Of a DNA stretch of 52,591 nt, positions 9,207-19,159 are shown piece by piece (within the stretch, counting starts at the first letter, position 1; each line of letters begins with the position of its first letter). Source of the stretch: Candidatus Kerfeldbacteria bacterium CG08_land_8_20_14_0_20_40_16. Lineage in GTDB: Bacteria; Patescibacteriota; Patescibacteriia; UM-FILTER-42-10. The notes beneath the pieces were generated by a model. The model ran no database searches and was not told where the DNA came from. It saw only the letters and a list, made by a program, of their open reading frames with translations. Made by a program: the position numbers and the translations under genes. Where the stretch lies: positions 1 to 52,591 of the forward strand of contig PEXU01000047.1 in assembly GCA_002774635.1 (NCBI GenBank). Reading direction: 5' to 3'.

Positions 9207-10127
9207 ATGGTATATGAACTAATTATTGTTGGCGGATCAGCTTCCGCTGTAGCCGCCGGAATTTACGCGGCTCGCCGAAAGTTAAATTTTATTATTATCT
9301 CCAAAGACTTTGGGGGAGAAGTGGCTAACTCTGGTGAGATAGAGAACTATCCCGGGTTTGTGAAAACAACCGGCATTGAATTGAGCGAAAAATTCAAGAA
9401 ACATCTAGCGAGCCACAATGTTTTTCCGGAAACTGGGATAGAGGTAAAAAACATTAAGCAAGAAAATAACCGTTTTATTCTGGAGGCGGATAAAATAGGA
9501 AAGGCCGTTGTTTATGAAGCGAAAAGCGTGATTATTGCTACGGGAGTGCGGCCCCGGCAGTTAGGTATACCCGGAGAAGAAAAGTTTAGGGGTAAAGGAG
9601 TGAGTTACTGCACGGTTTGTGACGGTCCGTTGTTCAGAAATAAGATCGTGGCTACTATCGGAGGAGGCAATTCCGCTTTAGAATCAGTTTTAATGCTTTC
9701 TCAAATCGCTTCTAAAGTTTATTTAATCACCATTAATTCGGAATTAGCAGGAGAAAATACTCTCATTGACAAAGTCAAGGCAGATAAGAAGATTGAAATT
9801 ATCTGCAATGTCAATACTAAAAAAATAATAGGCGAGCAACTGGGGGGGGGCTTGGAATACAAAGAAAAAGAAAGTTCCCAAACCAAAAGACTGAAAGTGG
9901 ATGGAATTTTTGTTCACATTGGGCATCTTCCCAATTCCCAAATGGTTGATTTGACGGAGAAAAACAAATTTGGCGAAATAATCGTGGATCGACTTGGCCA
10001 AACAAATATTGGCGGCCTGTTCGCGGCAGGAGATGTAACCGATATTCCCTATAAACAGATTGCGATTGCTACGGGCATGGGAGTGACAGCGGCGCTTTCG
10101 GCCGTTAGCTATTTAAATAGCAATTAG
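9207..10127 (+). CDS. trxB: Thioredoxin-disulfide reductase
   Basis: N-terminal FAD-binding GGSASAVAAGIYAAR, redox CTVCDG, and NADPH-binding GGGNSALE. Confidence 0.85.
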   Translation: MVYELIIVGGSASAVAAGIYAARRKLNFIIISKDFGGEVANSGEIENYPGFVKTTGIELSEKFKKHLASHNVFPETGIEVKNIKQENNRFILEADKIGKAVVYEAKSVIIATGVRPRQLGIPGEEKFRGKGVSYCTVCDGPLFRNKIVATIGGGNSALESVLMLSQIASKVYLITINSELAGENTLIDKVKADKKIEIICNVNTKKIIGEQLGGGLEYKEKESSQTKRLKVDGIFVHIGHLPNSQMVDLTEKNKFGEIIVDRLGQTNIGGLFAAGDVTDIPYKQIAIATGMGVTAALSAVSYLNSN

Positions 10128-10429
10128 CTTGTAGAAAATAGTGAGTTAGGTATAGGATGTTAGCTTGTAGGCGGGTAGAAAGAGAACGAAAAGCGAAAAA
10201 CGTAAAAGGCAAAATCACAGATGAAAATTAAAAATTGTATTATCAGTTAAACAAAGATAATAGAAAGTTAAAAATCATTTTTCGCTTTACATTGTAATTT
10301 TTCATTTTCAGTTTTTAATTTTTCACTAAAGTAATACTCGCTACAACCAAAAGCCAAAAAGCGATAAAAAACGGATGACTCATTAAAAAGCCGTTTTTTA
10401 TTTGACATCATTTATCAAACGTATTATCC

Positions 10430-10452
10430 TTATTAGTAATCATTCCTAATAA
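10430..10452. promoter_or_regulatory. Inverted repeat TTATTAG-n9-CTAATAA (Fur/PerR-box-like) just upstream of the Fur-family gene; probable autoregulatory operator next to a TTGACA -35 element at 10403
   Basis: 7-bp perfect inverted repeat, AT-rich like Fur/PerR boxes, positioned between the promoter and the start codon. Confidence 0.45.
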
Positions 10453-10459
10453 GGAAAAA

Positions 10460-10981
10460 GTGAATAAATACCACAAATCAACCCGTCTGACCGCTCAGAA
10501 AAAGACGATTTTGGCTTGTCTTAGGCATTTTGAGCCGATTCACCCTACCTCCCAAATGGTTTTTCAAAGAGTAAAGAAAGAAATTCCTAATATTTCATTG
10601 GCAACAGTTTATCGGAATTTAAATTCCCTTCGGAAAGGGGGATTTGTTGAAGAAATAGTCGTTCATGACGAACCAAGTAGATATGATGGCCGGGTAGATG
10701 CCCATCTTCATTTTCGTTGCGAATGCTGCAAAGAAATAGTTGATGTAGAAGACCCTAATCTATTTCGTTCCACGTCGCGTCTTTTGAAGGAAAAGGGTTT
10801 CTTAGTTCAGCGCTCCACTCTTGTGTATTCCGGCCTCTGCCGAAAATGCCAGAACCATAAAAAAGACGATAGTTTATTTTGCAGCGCGCTGGGAAAGATT
10901 AAGTCGAGTCTTCCGAAAAAGGGCTCCTCCTGCCAGATTTGCGGCTTCCAGGAAGAATGTTCGTACCATACAATTAAATAG
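10460..10981 (+). CDS. Fur-family metalloregulator (Fur/Zur/PerR-like) with an extended Cys-rich C-terminus
   Basis: Winged-helix N-terminus (ATVYRNL), HFRCECC metal-site motifs, and extra CRKC/CQIC pairs in a C-terminal extension. Confidence 0.75.
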   Translation: MNKYHKSTRLTAQKKTILACLRHFEPIHPTSQMVFQRVKKEIPNISLATVYRNLNSLRKGGFVEEIVVHDEPSRYDGRVDAHLHFRCECCKEIVDVEDPNLFRSTSRLLKEKGFLVQRSTLVYSGLCRKCQNHKKDDSLFCSALGKIKSSLPKKGSSCQICGFQEECSYHTIK

Positions 10982-11068
10982 CATCCTTGTTTGCCTTGCC
11001 AGAGTTTGACGGCAACTGAAAAATTTTATAGAGTGGAAGAGAAGCTAACAAACTTAATCCAATTATAA

Positions 11069-11320
11069 ATGGCTGACGAACAAAAAAAGGATGCGCCAAA
11101 AATTTCCAAAATCGAAGTAGATCGTGATGCCTGCATCAGCGTAGCAAGCTGTGTAGATATTGCCCCCGAAGTATTTGAGCTTGACGATGAGGGAAAAGCG
11201 GTAATCAAGAACCCTAAAGGTAATCCTGACAACACGATTTTAGAAGCAGCGCAGTCTTGCCCAGTGAACGCCGTTATTCTCTACGACGAGAACGGAAAAA
11301 AGATCTGGCCTGAGGAATAA
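11069..11320 (+). CDS. Small ferredoxin (single cluster, three-Cys Pyrococcus-type motif)
   Basis: DRDACISVASCVDIAPEVF ... CPVNAV. Confidence 0.7.
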   Translation: MADEQKKDAPKISKIEVDRDACISVASCVDIAPEVFELDDEGKAVIKNPKGNPDNTILEAAQSCPVNAVILYDENGKKIWPEE

Positions 11321-11391
11321 AATATCCTAATAAATCAAGCTTAATTAAAGAAGGATACCCTCCTTCTTTAATCTTTTTAACTAAAAGTTTC

Positions 11392-11961
11392 ATGAATGAA
11401 ATAATCCTCGACCTAGAAACCCAAAATCCCTTTCAGTTTGGCAATAAGAACACTAAGGATTTAAAAATATCATTGGTGGGAATTTACCATTACGGTCAGA
11501 ATCAGTTTTTAGCCTTTCCTGAAGAAAAGCTGGGGGAGTTATGGCCTCTCCTGGAACACGCTGACCGGATTATCGGCTACAATATCAAAGGGTTTGATTT
11601 TCCGGTGCTGAATAACTATTATTCCGGAAACATGGCACAGTTTCCGGCCCTAGACATTATGGATATTATTTACCAGAAGTTGGGATTCCGCGTCAGTCTG
11701 GATGACGTTGCCCGCTCTACCTTGAATATCGGAAAAACGGGGGATGGTTTAAAGGCGATCAAATTGTTCCGGGAAGGTAAAATGGATGAGCTGTGCGACT
11801 ATTGCCTGCAAGATGTCCGCCTGACCAGGGATTTATACGAATACGGAAAGAAACACGGCAAGCTTCTCTACGAAAATAAATTAGGAAAAGGTGAAATAGC
11901 GGTTGATTTCAATCCATCCCGAGATCAGAGACATTCCATTAACTTTACCCTTCCCATTTAA
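11392..11961 (+). CDS. DEDDy-type 3'-5' exonuclease domain protein
   Basis: ExoI (LDLET), ExoII (YNIKGFDFPVL) and ExoIII (YCLQDVRLTRDLY) motifs. Confidence 0.6.
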   Translation: MNEIILDLETQNPFQFGNKNTKDLKISLVGIYHYGQNQFLAFPEEKLGELWPLLEHADRIIGYNIKGFDFPVLNNYYSGNMAQFPALDIMDIIYQKLGFRVSLDDVARSTLNIGKTGDGLKAIKLFREGKMDELCDYCLQDVRLTRDLYEYGKKHGKLLYENKLGKGEIAVDFNPSRDQRHSINFTLPI

Positions 11962-12716
11962 TGAAAAATATACTCTCAATTCAAAATCTGAAAGTTAAAG
12001 TTGATCAGAAAGAAATCATCAAGGGGGTCTCCTTAAATATTAAATCCGGAGAAATCCATGCTTTAATGGGGCCTAACGGTTCCGGCAAAAGCACCCTGGC
12101 CATGGCTTTGATGGGAAACCCTGATTTTAAAATTGCGTCCGGAAAAGCATTATTCAATCAAAGAAACATTTTGGCAGAACCTCCTGAGAAGCGGGCAAAA
12201 CAGGGGCTTTTTCTTTCCTTTCAGTATCCCCAGGAGATAGCAGGCGTAAGTTTGTTTAATTTTTTAAGAACGGCTTATAACAATGTAAAACGAAAAAAGA
12301 ATGATCCCATTTCTGTGGCGGAATTCAGAAACCTGTTGGAAGAAAAAAGCCGGCTCCTTAAAATTGATCCTTCGTTTTGGGGGAGACCGATTAATGAAGG
12401 TTTTTCCGGAGGCGAAAAAAAGAAAGCCGAAATTTTGCAGCTTTCGATATTGGAACCTAAGCTGGCAATTTTGGATGAAACTGACTCGGGTTTGGATATT
12501 GATGCTCTTAAAACAGTGGCCGAAGGCATCGATCAAATCCGTCGAAAAAATAAAATGAGTATTTTAATTATTACCCATTATCAAAGAATTCTGCGCTATA
12601 TCAAACCTGATTTTGTGCACGTATTGCTGGCGGGCAAAATAGTGGAATCGGGTCGGCAAGCCCTGGCTGGAAAATTGGAACAAAAGGGCTATTTGAATTT
12701 CATCAAGAAAAAATAA
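11961..12716 (+). CDS. sufC: Fe-S cluster assembly ATPase SufC
   Basis: Walker A (GPNGSGKST), ABC signature, Walker B; lies immediately upstream of sufB. Confidence 0.9.
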   Translation: MKNILSIQNLKVKVDQKEIIKGVSLNIKSGEIHALMGPNGSGKSTLAMALMGNPDFKIASGKALFNQRNILAEPPEKRAKQGLFLSFQYPQEIAGVSLFNFLRTAYNNVKRKKNDPISVAEFRNLLEEKSRLLKIDPSFWGRPINEGFSGGEKKKAEILQLSILEPKLAILDETDSGLDIDALKTVAEGIDQIRRKNKMSILIITHYQRILRYIKPDFVHVLLAGKIVESGRQALAGKLEQKGYLNFIKKK

Positions 12717-12720
12717 GAGC

Positions 12721-14124
12721 ATGATTACTAAGACCGCCGAAATAGTTTCTGAACAATACAAATACGGCTTTGCCATGCCGGAAAAATACGTCTATAAATC
12801 TAAAAAAGGGCTTGATGAAAAGGTAATCCAAGAAATTTCTTGGAAGAAAAGCGAGCCGGCCTGGATGACCAAATTTCGTCTGCAAAGCTATCAGTACTTT
12901 AAGAAGAGAGCTTTACCAAAATGGGGAGGAGATCTGAAAAAAATCAACTTTGACAGCATTTATTACTACATTAAACCAACGGATCACCCGGCCAAAACCT
13001 GGGAGGAGCTGCCTTCAGAAATTAAGGAAACCTACGACAAAATTGGCGTTCCGGAAGCGGAAAAGAAATTTCTGGCGGGAGTAGGAGCGCAGTACGATTC
13101 AGAAATGGTTTACCATTCTCTAATCGAGAATCTGGAAAAACAGGGAATTATTTTTTTGGATACCGATTCCGCTTTGCAACAATACCCCGATTTAGTAAAG
13201 GAGTATTGGGGTACAATTGTTCCGTCCAATGATAACAAATTTGCTGCTCTCAACTCCGCAGTGTGGTCCGGAGGGTCGTTTATCTACGTGCCAAAAGGGG
13301 TAAGCGTGAAACTGCCTTTGCAGGCTTACTTCAGAATCAATGCGGCGCGGATGGGTCAGTTTGAACGCACTTTAATTATTGCGGAAGAGGGGAGCGACTT
13401 TCACTATTTAGAAGGATGTACTGCTCCGATTTATACCACCGATTCCCTGCACGCAGCCGTGGTAGAAGTGTTTATAAAAAAGGGAGCCCGAGTGCGCTAT
13501 ACCACCATCCAAAACTGGAGCAATAATGTCTATAATCTGGTAACCAAAAGAATGCGAATTGAAGCAGAAGGAATCGGAGAATGGATTGATTGCAATCTTG
13601 GTTCTAAGCTAACCATGAAATACCCCGCCTGCTATTTAATGGGCCCGGGCGCGCGCGGCGAGCTGCTTTCTATGGTTTATGCCGGATTAGGCCAGCACCA
13701 GGATGCCGGCGGCAAAATGATCCACATAGCGCCCCATACTTCTAGCAGAATAACTTCTAAGTCAATCAGCCAGAACGGGGGAAGAACATCTTATCGCGGG
13801 CTGATTCAAATAAATTCCAAGGCAGAAGAATCAAAATCCCGGGTGGTGTGTGATGCCTTAATTCTAGATGAAAAATCCCGGTCCGACACCTATCCTGATA
13901 TGAAAATCTATCAGCAAAATACCCAGGTGGAGCACGAAGCCACAGTCTCTAAAATAGGCGAGGAGCAGCTTTTTTACTTAATGAGCCGGGGTATTGACCA
14001 GATGACCGCCGAGACAATGATTATTAACGGATTCATTGAACCAATTGTAAAAGAACTACCGTTGGAATATGCGGTAGAAATGAACCGGCTGATCCAGCTA
14101 CAGATGGATAGAAGTATTGGTTAA
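12721..14124 (+). CDS. sufB: Fe-S cluster assembly scaffold SufB
   Basis: 467 aa with conserved SufB/SufD C-terminal beta-helix region. Confidence 0.9.
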   Translation: MITKTAEIVSEQYKYGFAMPEKYVYKSKKGLDEKVIQEISWKKSEPAWMTKFRLQSYQYFKKRALPKWGGDLKKINFDSIYYYIKPTDHPAKTWEELPSEIKETYDKIGVPEAEKKFLAGVGAQYDSEMVYHSLIENLEKQGIIFLDTDSALQQYPDLVKEYWGTIVPSNDNKFAALNSAVWSGGSFIYVPKGVSVKLPLQAYFRINAARMGQFERTLIIAEEGSDFHYLEGCTAPIYTTDSLHAAVVEVFIKKGARVRYTTIQNWSNNVYNLVTKRMRIEAEGIGEWIDCNLGSKLTMKYPACYLMGPGARGELLSMVYAGLGQHQDAGGKMIHIAPHTSSRITSKSISQNGGRTSYRGLIQINSKAEESKSRVVCDALILDEKSRSDTYPDMKIYQQNTQVEHEATVSKIGEEQLFYLMSRGIDQMTAETMIINGFIEPIVKELPLEYAVEMNRLIQLQMDRSIG

Positions 14125-14127
14125 TTT

Positions 14128-14232
14128 CATAATTTACAATTCTCAATTTTCAATGACTACTTTCTTAATTGTTTGAAAATTGAATCATTGAAAATTTATT
14201 GAAAATTGAAAATTGATAATTAAAAATTGCAT
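14128..14232. repeat. Copy of the dispersed AT-rich hairpin repeat (AATTTTCAAT / ATTGAAAATT family)
   Basis: Left arm caattctcaattttcaatg; right arm cattgaaaatttattgaaaattgaaaattgataatt. Confidence 0.7.
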
Positions 14233-14851
14233 TCTAATGACTAAAATAATAATTGATCAACTGAATAGAAAAAAGTCCAAGCGAACTTTGTCTGTTGGTA
14301 AAAGTGAGTCTTTAGTCTATTTATTACTGGGTTTACAGCCGGGCTCCAAAGAAGTCACGATAAATCTAAATGGCAAGGGGGCGACGGCCGAGATACTGGG
14401 ATTGTTTATCGGCCGGCAAGGAACAGGTCAGATCAAAACAATTCAGCGCCACTTGGCTCCTGACACTACCAGCGATTTGTTAATAAAAAGCGTTTTATTT
14501 GATGAGGCAAGCTATAATTACCACGGCATGATCCGGATCGACCGGTCCGCTCCGGGCGCCAATGCTTATCAAAGAAATGACAACTTATTACTAAGTGAAA
14601 AAGCGCTGGTTAACACTAGGCCGGAATTGGAGATTCTGGCCAACGATGTCCGTTGCACCCACGGGGCAACCACCGGCAGAATAAATGAGGCTAACCTGTT
14701 TTATCTTACCAGTAAAGGTATTGCCAAAAAGGAAGCGGAGCGTCTAATCGTGGAAGGGTTTTTGCAAGATGTTCTTGAGAGGATTCCTGACCAGAAAAAA
14801 AGAAATGAGCTAGCAAAACAATTAAAAAGGAAATTAAATCATGTTAATTAA
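14213..14851 (+). CDS. sufD: Short SufD-like Fe-S assembly protein
   Basis: SufBD-family C-terminal region; its position directly after sufB. Confidence 0.7.
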   Translation: MIIKNCILMTKIIIDQLNRKKSKRTLSVGKSESLVYLLLGLQPGSKEVTINLNGKGATAEILGLFIGRQGTGQIKTIQRHLAPDTTSDLLIKSVLFDEASYNYHGMIRIDRSAPGANAYQRNDNLLLSEKALVNTRPELEILANDVRCTHGATTGRINEANLFYLTSKGIAKKEAERLIVEGFLQDVLERIPDQKKRNELAKQLKRKLNHVN

Positions 14852-15143
14852 AATAGCCAAAACAAACGAAATATCAGCTGGAGCAATGAAACGGTTTACT
14901 GTAAGGGGCAAAAAAATCATCATTGTAAATCTGGAGGAAAAATTTTATGCCCTAGATGATACTTGTTCGCATAACCAATGCTCTTTGAGCAAAGGAGAAT
15001 TAGAAGGCGGGATAATTATTTGTCCTTGCCACGGAGCAAGGTTTGATGTTTCGACCGGCAAAGTGCTGGCGCTTCCGGCGGTGAAAGACCTCAAAATTTA
15101 TCCGGTTCAAATCAAAAAAGATTATTTATATGTAGAAATTTAA
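14841..15143 (+). CDS. Rieske [2Fe-2S] domain protein
   Basis: CSH...CPCH ligand boxes. Confidence 0.8.
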   Translation: MLIKIAKTNEISAGAMKRFTVRGKKIIIVNLEEKFYALDDTCSHNQCSLSKGELEGGIIICPCHGARFDVSTGKVLALPAVKDLKIYPVQIKKDYLYVEI

Positions 15144-15144
15144 T

Positions 15145-16368
15145 ATGATTGATGCCGCTAAAATCAAAAAAGATTTTCCGCTTCTAAATCAGAAAATGAA
15201 CGGCCAGCCGCTAGTCTATTTAGACAGTGCTGCTACTTCTCAAAAACCTCAAGCAGTAATTGATGCTATTAAGGATTTTTATGAGCGCCATAACGCCAAT
15301 ATTCATCGGGGGATCTACCGGTTAAGCGAGGAGGCCACCGAGCTTTATGAAGGTGCCCGGGAAAAAGTGCAAAAATTCATTAGAGCCAAAGAAACAAAAG
15401 AAATCATTTTTACCCGTGGTACTACTGAATCAATTAACTTAGTGGCTTATAGTTGGGGCAGACAAAATATAGAAAAGGGGGATGAAATTATTGTTACGGA
15501 AATGGAGCATCATTCTAATCTGATCCCCTGGCAGTTATTGGCTAAAGAAAAAGAAGCGGTTCTGAAATTTATTCCGATAGATGATGAAGGTCGTTTGAAG
15601 ATTACTAAGCTGGACAGTTTGTTGAATAAGAAAACAAGGTTATTAGCAATAACGCATGTTTCTAATGTTTTGGGAGTGGTTAATCCTTTGAAAGAAATCA
15701 TCACCAAGGCGCATAGTAATGGAACGCGGGTGCTGGTAGATGGTGCCCAGGCCGTTCCCCATCTGTCCGTGGATGTATCAGAGCTAGATTGTGATTTTTA
15801 CGCTTTTTCAGGCCATAAAATGCTGGGACCGACCGGCATCGGAGTGCTCCACGGAAAAAGGGAGTTATTAGAAGCGATGCCTCCCTTTATGGGCGGGGGT
15901 GAAATGATTAAGGAAGTTACCAAAGAAGGCGCTACTTGGAACGAATTGCCGACCAAGTTTGAAGCGGGCACTATGCCGATTGCCCAAGTGGTCAGTTTAG
16001 GAACGGCCATTGATTATTTGAATGGCATCGGAATGGAAAATATCTGGCAGCATGAACAAATGCTCATTGCCTATGCTTTAGAAAAGGTTACGGCCATACC
16101 TGGAGTTAAAATCTATGGTCCGTTGAAACCGAAAGACAAAGGCGGAGTGCTGTCCTTTAATATCGGCGAAATCCATCCGCATGACATTGCTTCTATTTTT
16201 GATGAAGAAGGAATTGCGATCCGGGCCGGTCACCACTGCGCCCAGGTATTGCACCGTCGTTTAGGGATTCCCGCTACCGTCCGGGCCAGTTTTTACCTTT
16301 ATACCGATCAGTCGGATATTGATAAACTGATAGGAGCAATTAAGAAAGCTAAACAACTTTTGCTATGA
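15145..16368 (+). CDS. sufS: Cysteine desulfurase SufS (PLP-dependent)
   Basis: PLP-lysine region SGHKMLGPTGIGVL; active-site cysteine RAGHHCAQ. Confidence 0.9.
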   Translation: MIDAAKIKKDFPLLNQKMNGQPLVYLDSAATSQKPQAVIDAIKDFYERHNANIHRGIYRLSEEATELYEGAREKVQKFIRAKETKEIIFTRGTTESINLVAYSWGRQNIEKGDEIIVTEMEHHSNLIPWQLLAKEKEAVLKFIPIDDEGRLKITKLDSLLNKKTRLLAITHVSNVLGVVNPLKEIITKAHSNGTRVLVDGAQAVPHLSVDVSELDCDFYAFSGHKMLGPTGIGVLHGKRELLEAMPPFMGGGEMIKEVTKEGATWNELPTKFEAGTMPIAQVVSLGTAIDYLNGIGMENIWQHEQMLIAYALEKVTAIPGVKIYGPLKPKDKGGVLSFNIGEIHPHDIASIFDEEGIAIRAGHHCAQVLHRRLGIPATVRASFYLYTDQSDIDKLIGAIKKAKQLLL

Positions 16369-16757
16369 ACACCTCGGATATTTATCGGGAAGAAATTATT
16401 GACCATTCCAAACATCCGCGCAATTTCGGTAAAATTGCTAAGCCGGATGTACGCTATAAAGAAAAAAACCCGCTTTGCGGTGATGAAATAGAACTTTTCG
16501 TAAAATTGGATAGTCATAAAAAAGTTAAAGCAGTCGCTTTTAACGGAGCCGGTTGCGTAATCAGCAGGGCCTCTGCTTCTTTATTCACCGAGGCGATAAA
16601 AGGAAAATCTGTGAGGGAATTAGAACAACTTTCTGCTAAGGATGCCTTGGAGTGCCTGGGTTTATCAGAGCTTACTCCGACCCGCCAAAAATGCGCTCTG
16701 CTGGTTCTAGAAACTCTCAAGCGCGGCTTGAAGAAATATCAACAAAAAACCAAATAG
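16365..16757 (+). CDS. sufU: SufU/IscU-like sulfur-transfer/scaffold protein
   Basis: NifU-N-like fold with conserved Cys (LCGDE, GAGC). Confidence 0.8.
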   Translation: MNTSDIYREEIIDHSKHPRNFGKIAKPDVRYKEKNPLCGDEIELFVKLDSHKKVKAVAFNGAGCVISRASASLFTEAIKGKSVRELEQLSAKDALECLGLSELTPTRQKCALLVLETLKRGLKKYQQKTK

Positions 16758-16787
16758 GAAGAATCTCTAACAATTAAACTAAATACT

Positions 16788-17369
16788 ATGAAATACGAAT
16801 TACCTAAACTTAATTATGCTTATGATGCCTTAGAGCCTTATCTTGACGCTCAAACAATGGAAATTCACCATTCCAAACATCATCAAGCCTATACTGATAA
16901 TTTCAACAAAGCTTTGGCGGAGCATCCTGACCTGGCGGAAATGCCGGTGGAGGAGCTTTTAGCTAAAGTGAATGAATTATCGATTAAAGATAGAGATAAA
17001 AACGCTCTGCGTAACCACGGCGGAGGTTATTATAATCATAAACTGTTCTGGGAAATTATGGATCCCGCTAACAAAAAGGACGAATCTTTAATCAAGGACA
17101 TTGAAACAGAGTTTGGCTCCGTTGATTCCTTTAAGGAACAGTTTTCCGAAACGGCTAAAACTCTACTAGGCAGCGGCTGGGCCTGGCTAGCACGGGATAA
17201 AGAAGGCAAGCTCCATGTTTACGGTCTGCCTAATCAGGATTCCCCCTTCCAAAAAGGGCATACCCCGATAATCTGCCTGGATGTTTGGGAGCATGCTTAT
17301 TATCTTAAATATCAAAACCGCCGACCGGAATACATTGAAAACTGGTGGAATGTCTTAAAATTAATTTAG
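16788..17369 (+). CDS. sodA: Fe/Mn superoxide dismutase
   Basis: Signature motifs LPxLxYxxxALEP, HHxKHH and DVWEHAYY. Confidence 0.9.
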   Translation: MKYELPKLNYAYDALEPYLDAQTMEIHHSKHHQAYTDNFNKALAEHPDLAEMPVEELLAKVNELSIKDRDKNALRNHGGGYYNHKLFWEIMDPANKKDESLIKDIETEFGSVDSFKEQFSETAKTLLGSGWAWLARDKEGKLHVYGLPNQDSPFQKGHTPIICLDVWEHAYYLKYQNRRPEYIENWWNVLKLI

Positions 17370-17406
17370 AAAGGGGATACTAATAAGTGAGGGTCTGTCT
17401 ATTACA

Positions 17407-17437
17407 GTAGGCGAGCTCGCGTCGCGGGATCGCCTAC
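17407..17437. repeat. Palindromic element GTAGGCGAgctcgcgtcgcgggaTCGCCTAC (GTAGGCGA family), acting as terminator after sodA
   Basis: Inverted repeat followed by tttt. Related copies at 18923-18958 and 22159-22186. Confidence 0.6.
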
Positions 17438-17531
17438 TTTTGTATTGACCAATCATTTCTTTATTGATAAAATAAAGGACTTTAAGAAGTTTTTTTGAAC
17501 ATTCACAAACCTTAATAGAGGAGGGCTTGAA

Positions 17532-18848
17532 ATGCCGCTCAAAATAATTGTTGGTTGTCAAAAAGGCGATGAAGGTAAAGGTAAGCTTGTTGATCGAGAA
17601 CTTACATTAGGTCATTTTACCTGGAACGTGCGTTTTCAAGGTGGGCGCAATGCCGGCCATACCGTGCAAGTCGGAGATCAACAGATTATCCTGCATCTGA
17701 TTCCTTCGGGAGTGCATCACAAGAATGTCCAATTGGGACTAGGCCCGGGTGTCATTTTTGACCCACAGGGGTTCTTTGAGGAAGTAGATGAACTCAAATC
17801 TTTTGGGATTGAAGTTGAAGGGCGTCTCTGGGTTTCCCCGGCTGCCAAGCTGGTAATGCCCTGGGATAAGGTTCTGGACGGAGCAATCGACCAAGTTCGG
17901 GCTGAAGCTCAAGGTAAAACGGTTCAGGCTGGCGGTGGAGTAGGAACCACTAATCGCGGGATCGGTCCGGCTTATGCCAATGCCATTGCCCGGGACGGTC
18001 TGACCGTTGCCCATCTGCTGAATCCGGAAATTCTCCGCCAACGGCTGGGAACAGTGGTGCCGGTCATCAATCGGATACTCAATGCTTTCGGCTGTCCGGA
18101 AACTAGCGTATAGGAAGTATTTGATCTGTACGCGCCGCTCGGAGAATGCTTACGGAAATTTACTAAGCCTCTTTCTCAAGGATTAGTACAATCACTTGAG
18201 AAAGATCAGTGGATTTTAGTGGAAGGTGGTCAGGGTGCTTTCCTAAGTGTTGACTGCGGGGTCAGTTATCCCTGTTGCACTTCTTCCATTACCACCTCTA
18301 ATGCCGTTTTTGCCGGGTTAGGATTGCCGCTGGTTCCCGAGTGGATCGGTCCGATCGTAGGCGTGGTCAAAGCTTACCAAACTGCCGTCGGTAATCATCC
18401 CATGCCCACTTTGATTGGTGGAGAAGTGGAAGAGAGAATCCGCCAGCGCGGAAAGGAATTCGGTGCTACCACCGGTCGTCCTAGGCACTGTTGCTGGATT
18501 AATGGCTTGGAATTGGTAAGGGGGGTCTGGATTAACGGATGCACGGAAATCGTCATTACTAAGCTGGATGTTCTGGACGAAGAACCAGCAATTCCGATTG
18601 CGCGGGCGCTACGCTACAATAACTATGAGATTCATGAACTGCCTTCGACTTTGGAGGAATACCTAAGATGTGAGCCGGTTTATGATCAAGCTATGTCTGG
18701 TTGGCAAAAAGATACCAGTGGGGTTAGTAAATTCTCTAACCTTCCCGAAGAAGCCTGGAACTATCTCAAGCAACTGGAAATCATTGCCGGCGTGCCGATC
18801 ACCGGCGTTTCTAACGGTCCTCAAAGGGATCAGTTCTGCGTCGCGTGA
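17532..18848 (+). pseudogene. purA: Adenylosuccinate synthetase purA interrupted by a single in-frame TAG at 18111-18113. Both halves and the intervening segment are in one frame and PurA-like throughout.
   Basis: N-terminal half has the GDEGKGK P-loop and GGRNAGHT; after the TAG the same frame reads EVFDLYAPLGE...LVEGGQGAFLSVDCGV...GTTGRPRHCCW...ITKLDVLD. TAG is used as the stop of three other genes in the window. Confidence 0.75.
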
Positions 18849-18864
18849 TGCAGAACACCTCCAG

Positions 18865-18895
18865 GGGAAGAATTATTCATGGTTCTTCCCCTATT
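18865..18895 (+). terminator. Rho-independent terminator after purA
   Basis: ggggaagaattattcatggttcttcccc + tatttt. Confidence 0.6.
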
Positions 18896-18922
18896 TTATT
18901 TGACGAGGATTAATAATTTATG

Positions 18923-18958
18923 ATCAGTAGGCGAATTTGGCCAAATTCGCCTACTGAT
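18923..18958. repeat. Perfect 36-bp palindrome ATCAGTAGGCGAATTTGGCCAAATTCGCCTACTGAT (GTAGGCGAATTT family)
   Basis: Seen directly in the sequence. Confidence 0.75.
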
Positions 18959-19009
18959 AGGAACGATGTCCCACGTACCAAAGTAGGGTATTTGTTCAGT
19001 GGAACGAGT

Positions 19010-19100
19010 ACCCTTTTTAAATTTCCAATTTCCAATTCTCAATTTTCAAATAAGTTCCAAATTCCAATGTTCCAAACATATTTATAATTTGGAATTTTAA
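19010..19100. repeat. Copy of the AT-rich AATTTCCAAT/AATTTTCAAT repeat family
   Basis: atttccaatttccaattctcaattttcaaat ... ttataatttggaatttt. Confidence 0.6.
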
Positions 19101-19159
19101 TAAAAAAAGGGTATAAGCACAAAGTGCTCTACCCTTGTAAATTCCTCCTTTCGAATGAA

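Noticed and set aside
18111-18113. Stop-codon reassignment (TAG as sense) to explain the purA interruption
   Set aside because: TAG terminates the GH5-like gene (8220), trxB (10125) and nrdJ (27187) at positions that match protein-family ends, so TAG is a functional stop here. Gracilibacteria/SR1-type recoding also involves TGA, not TAG.
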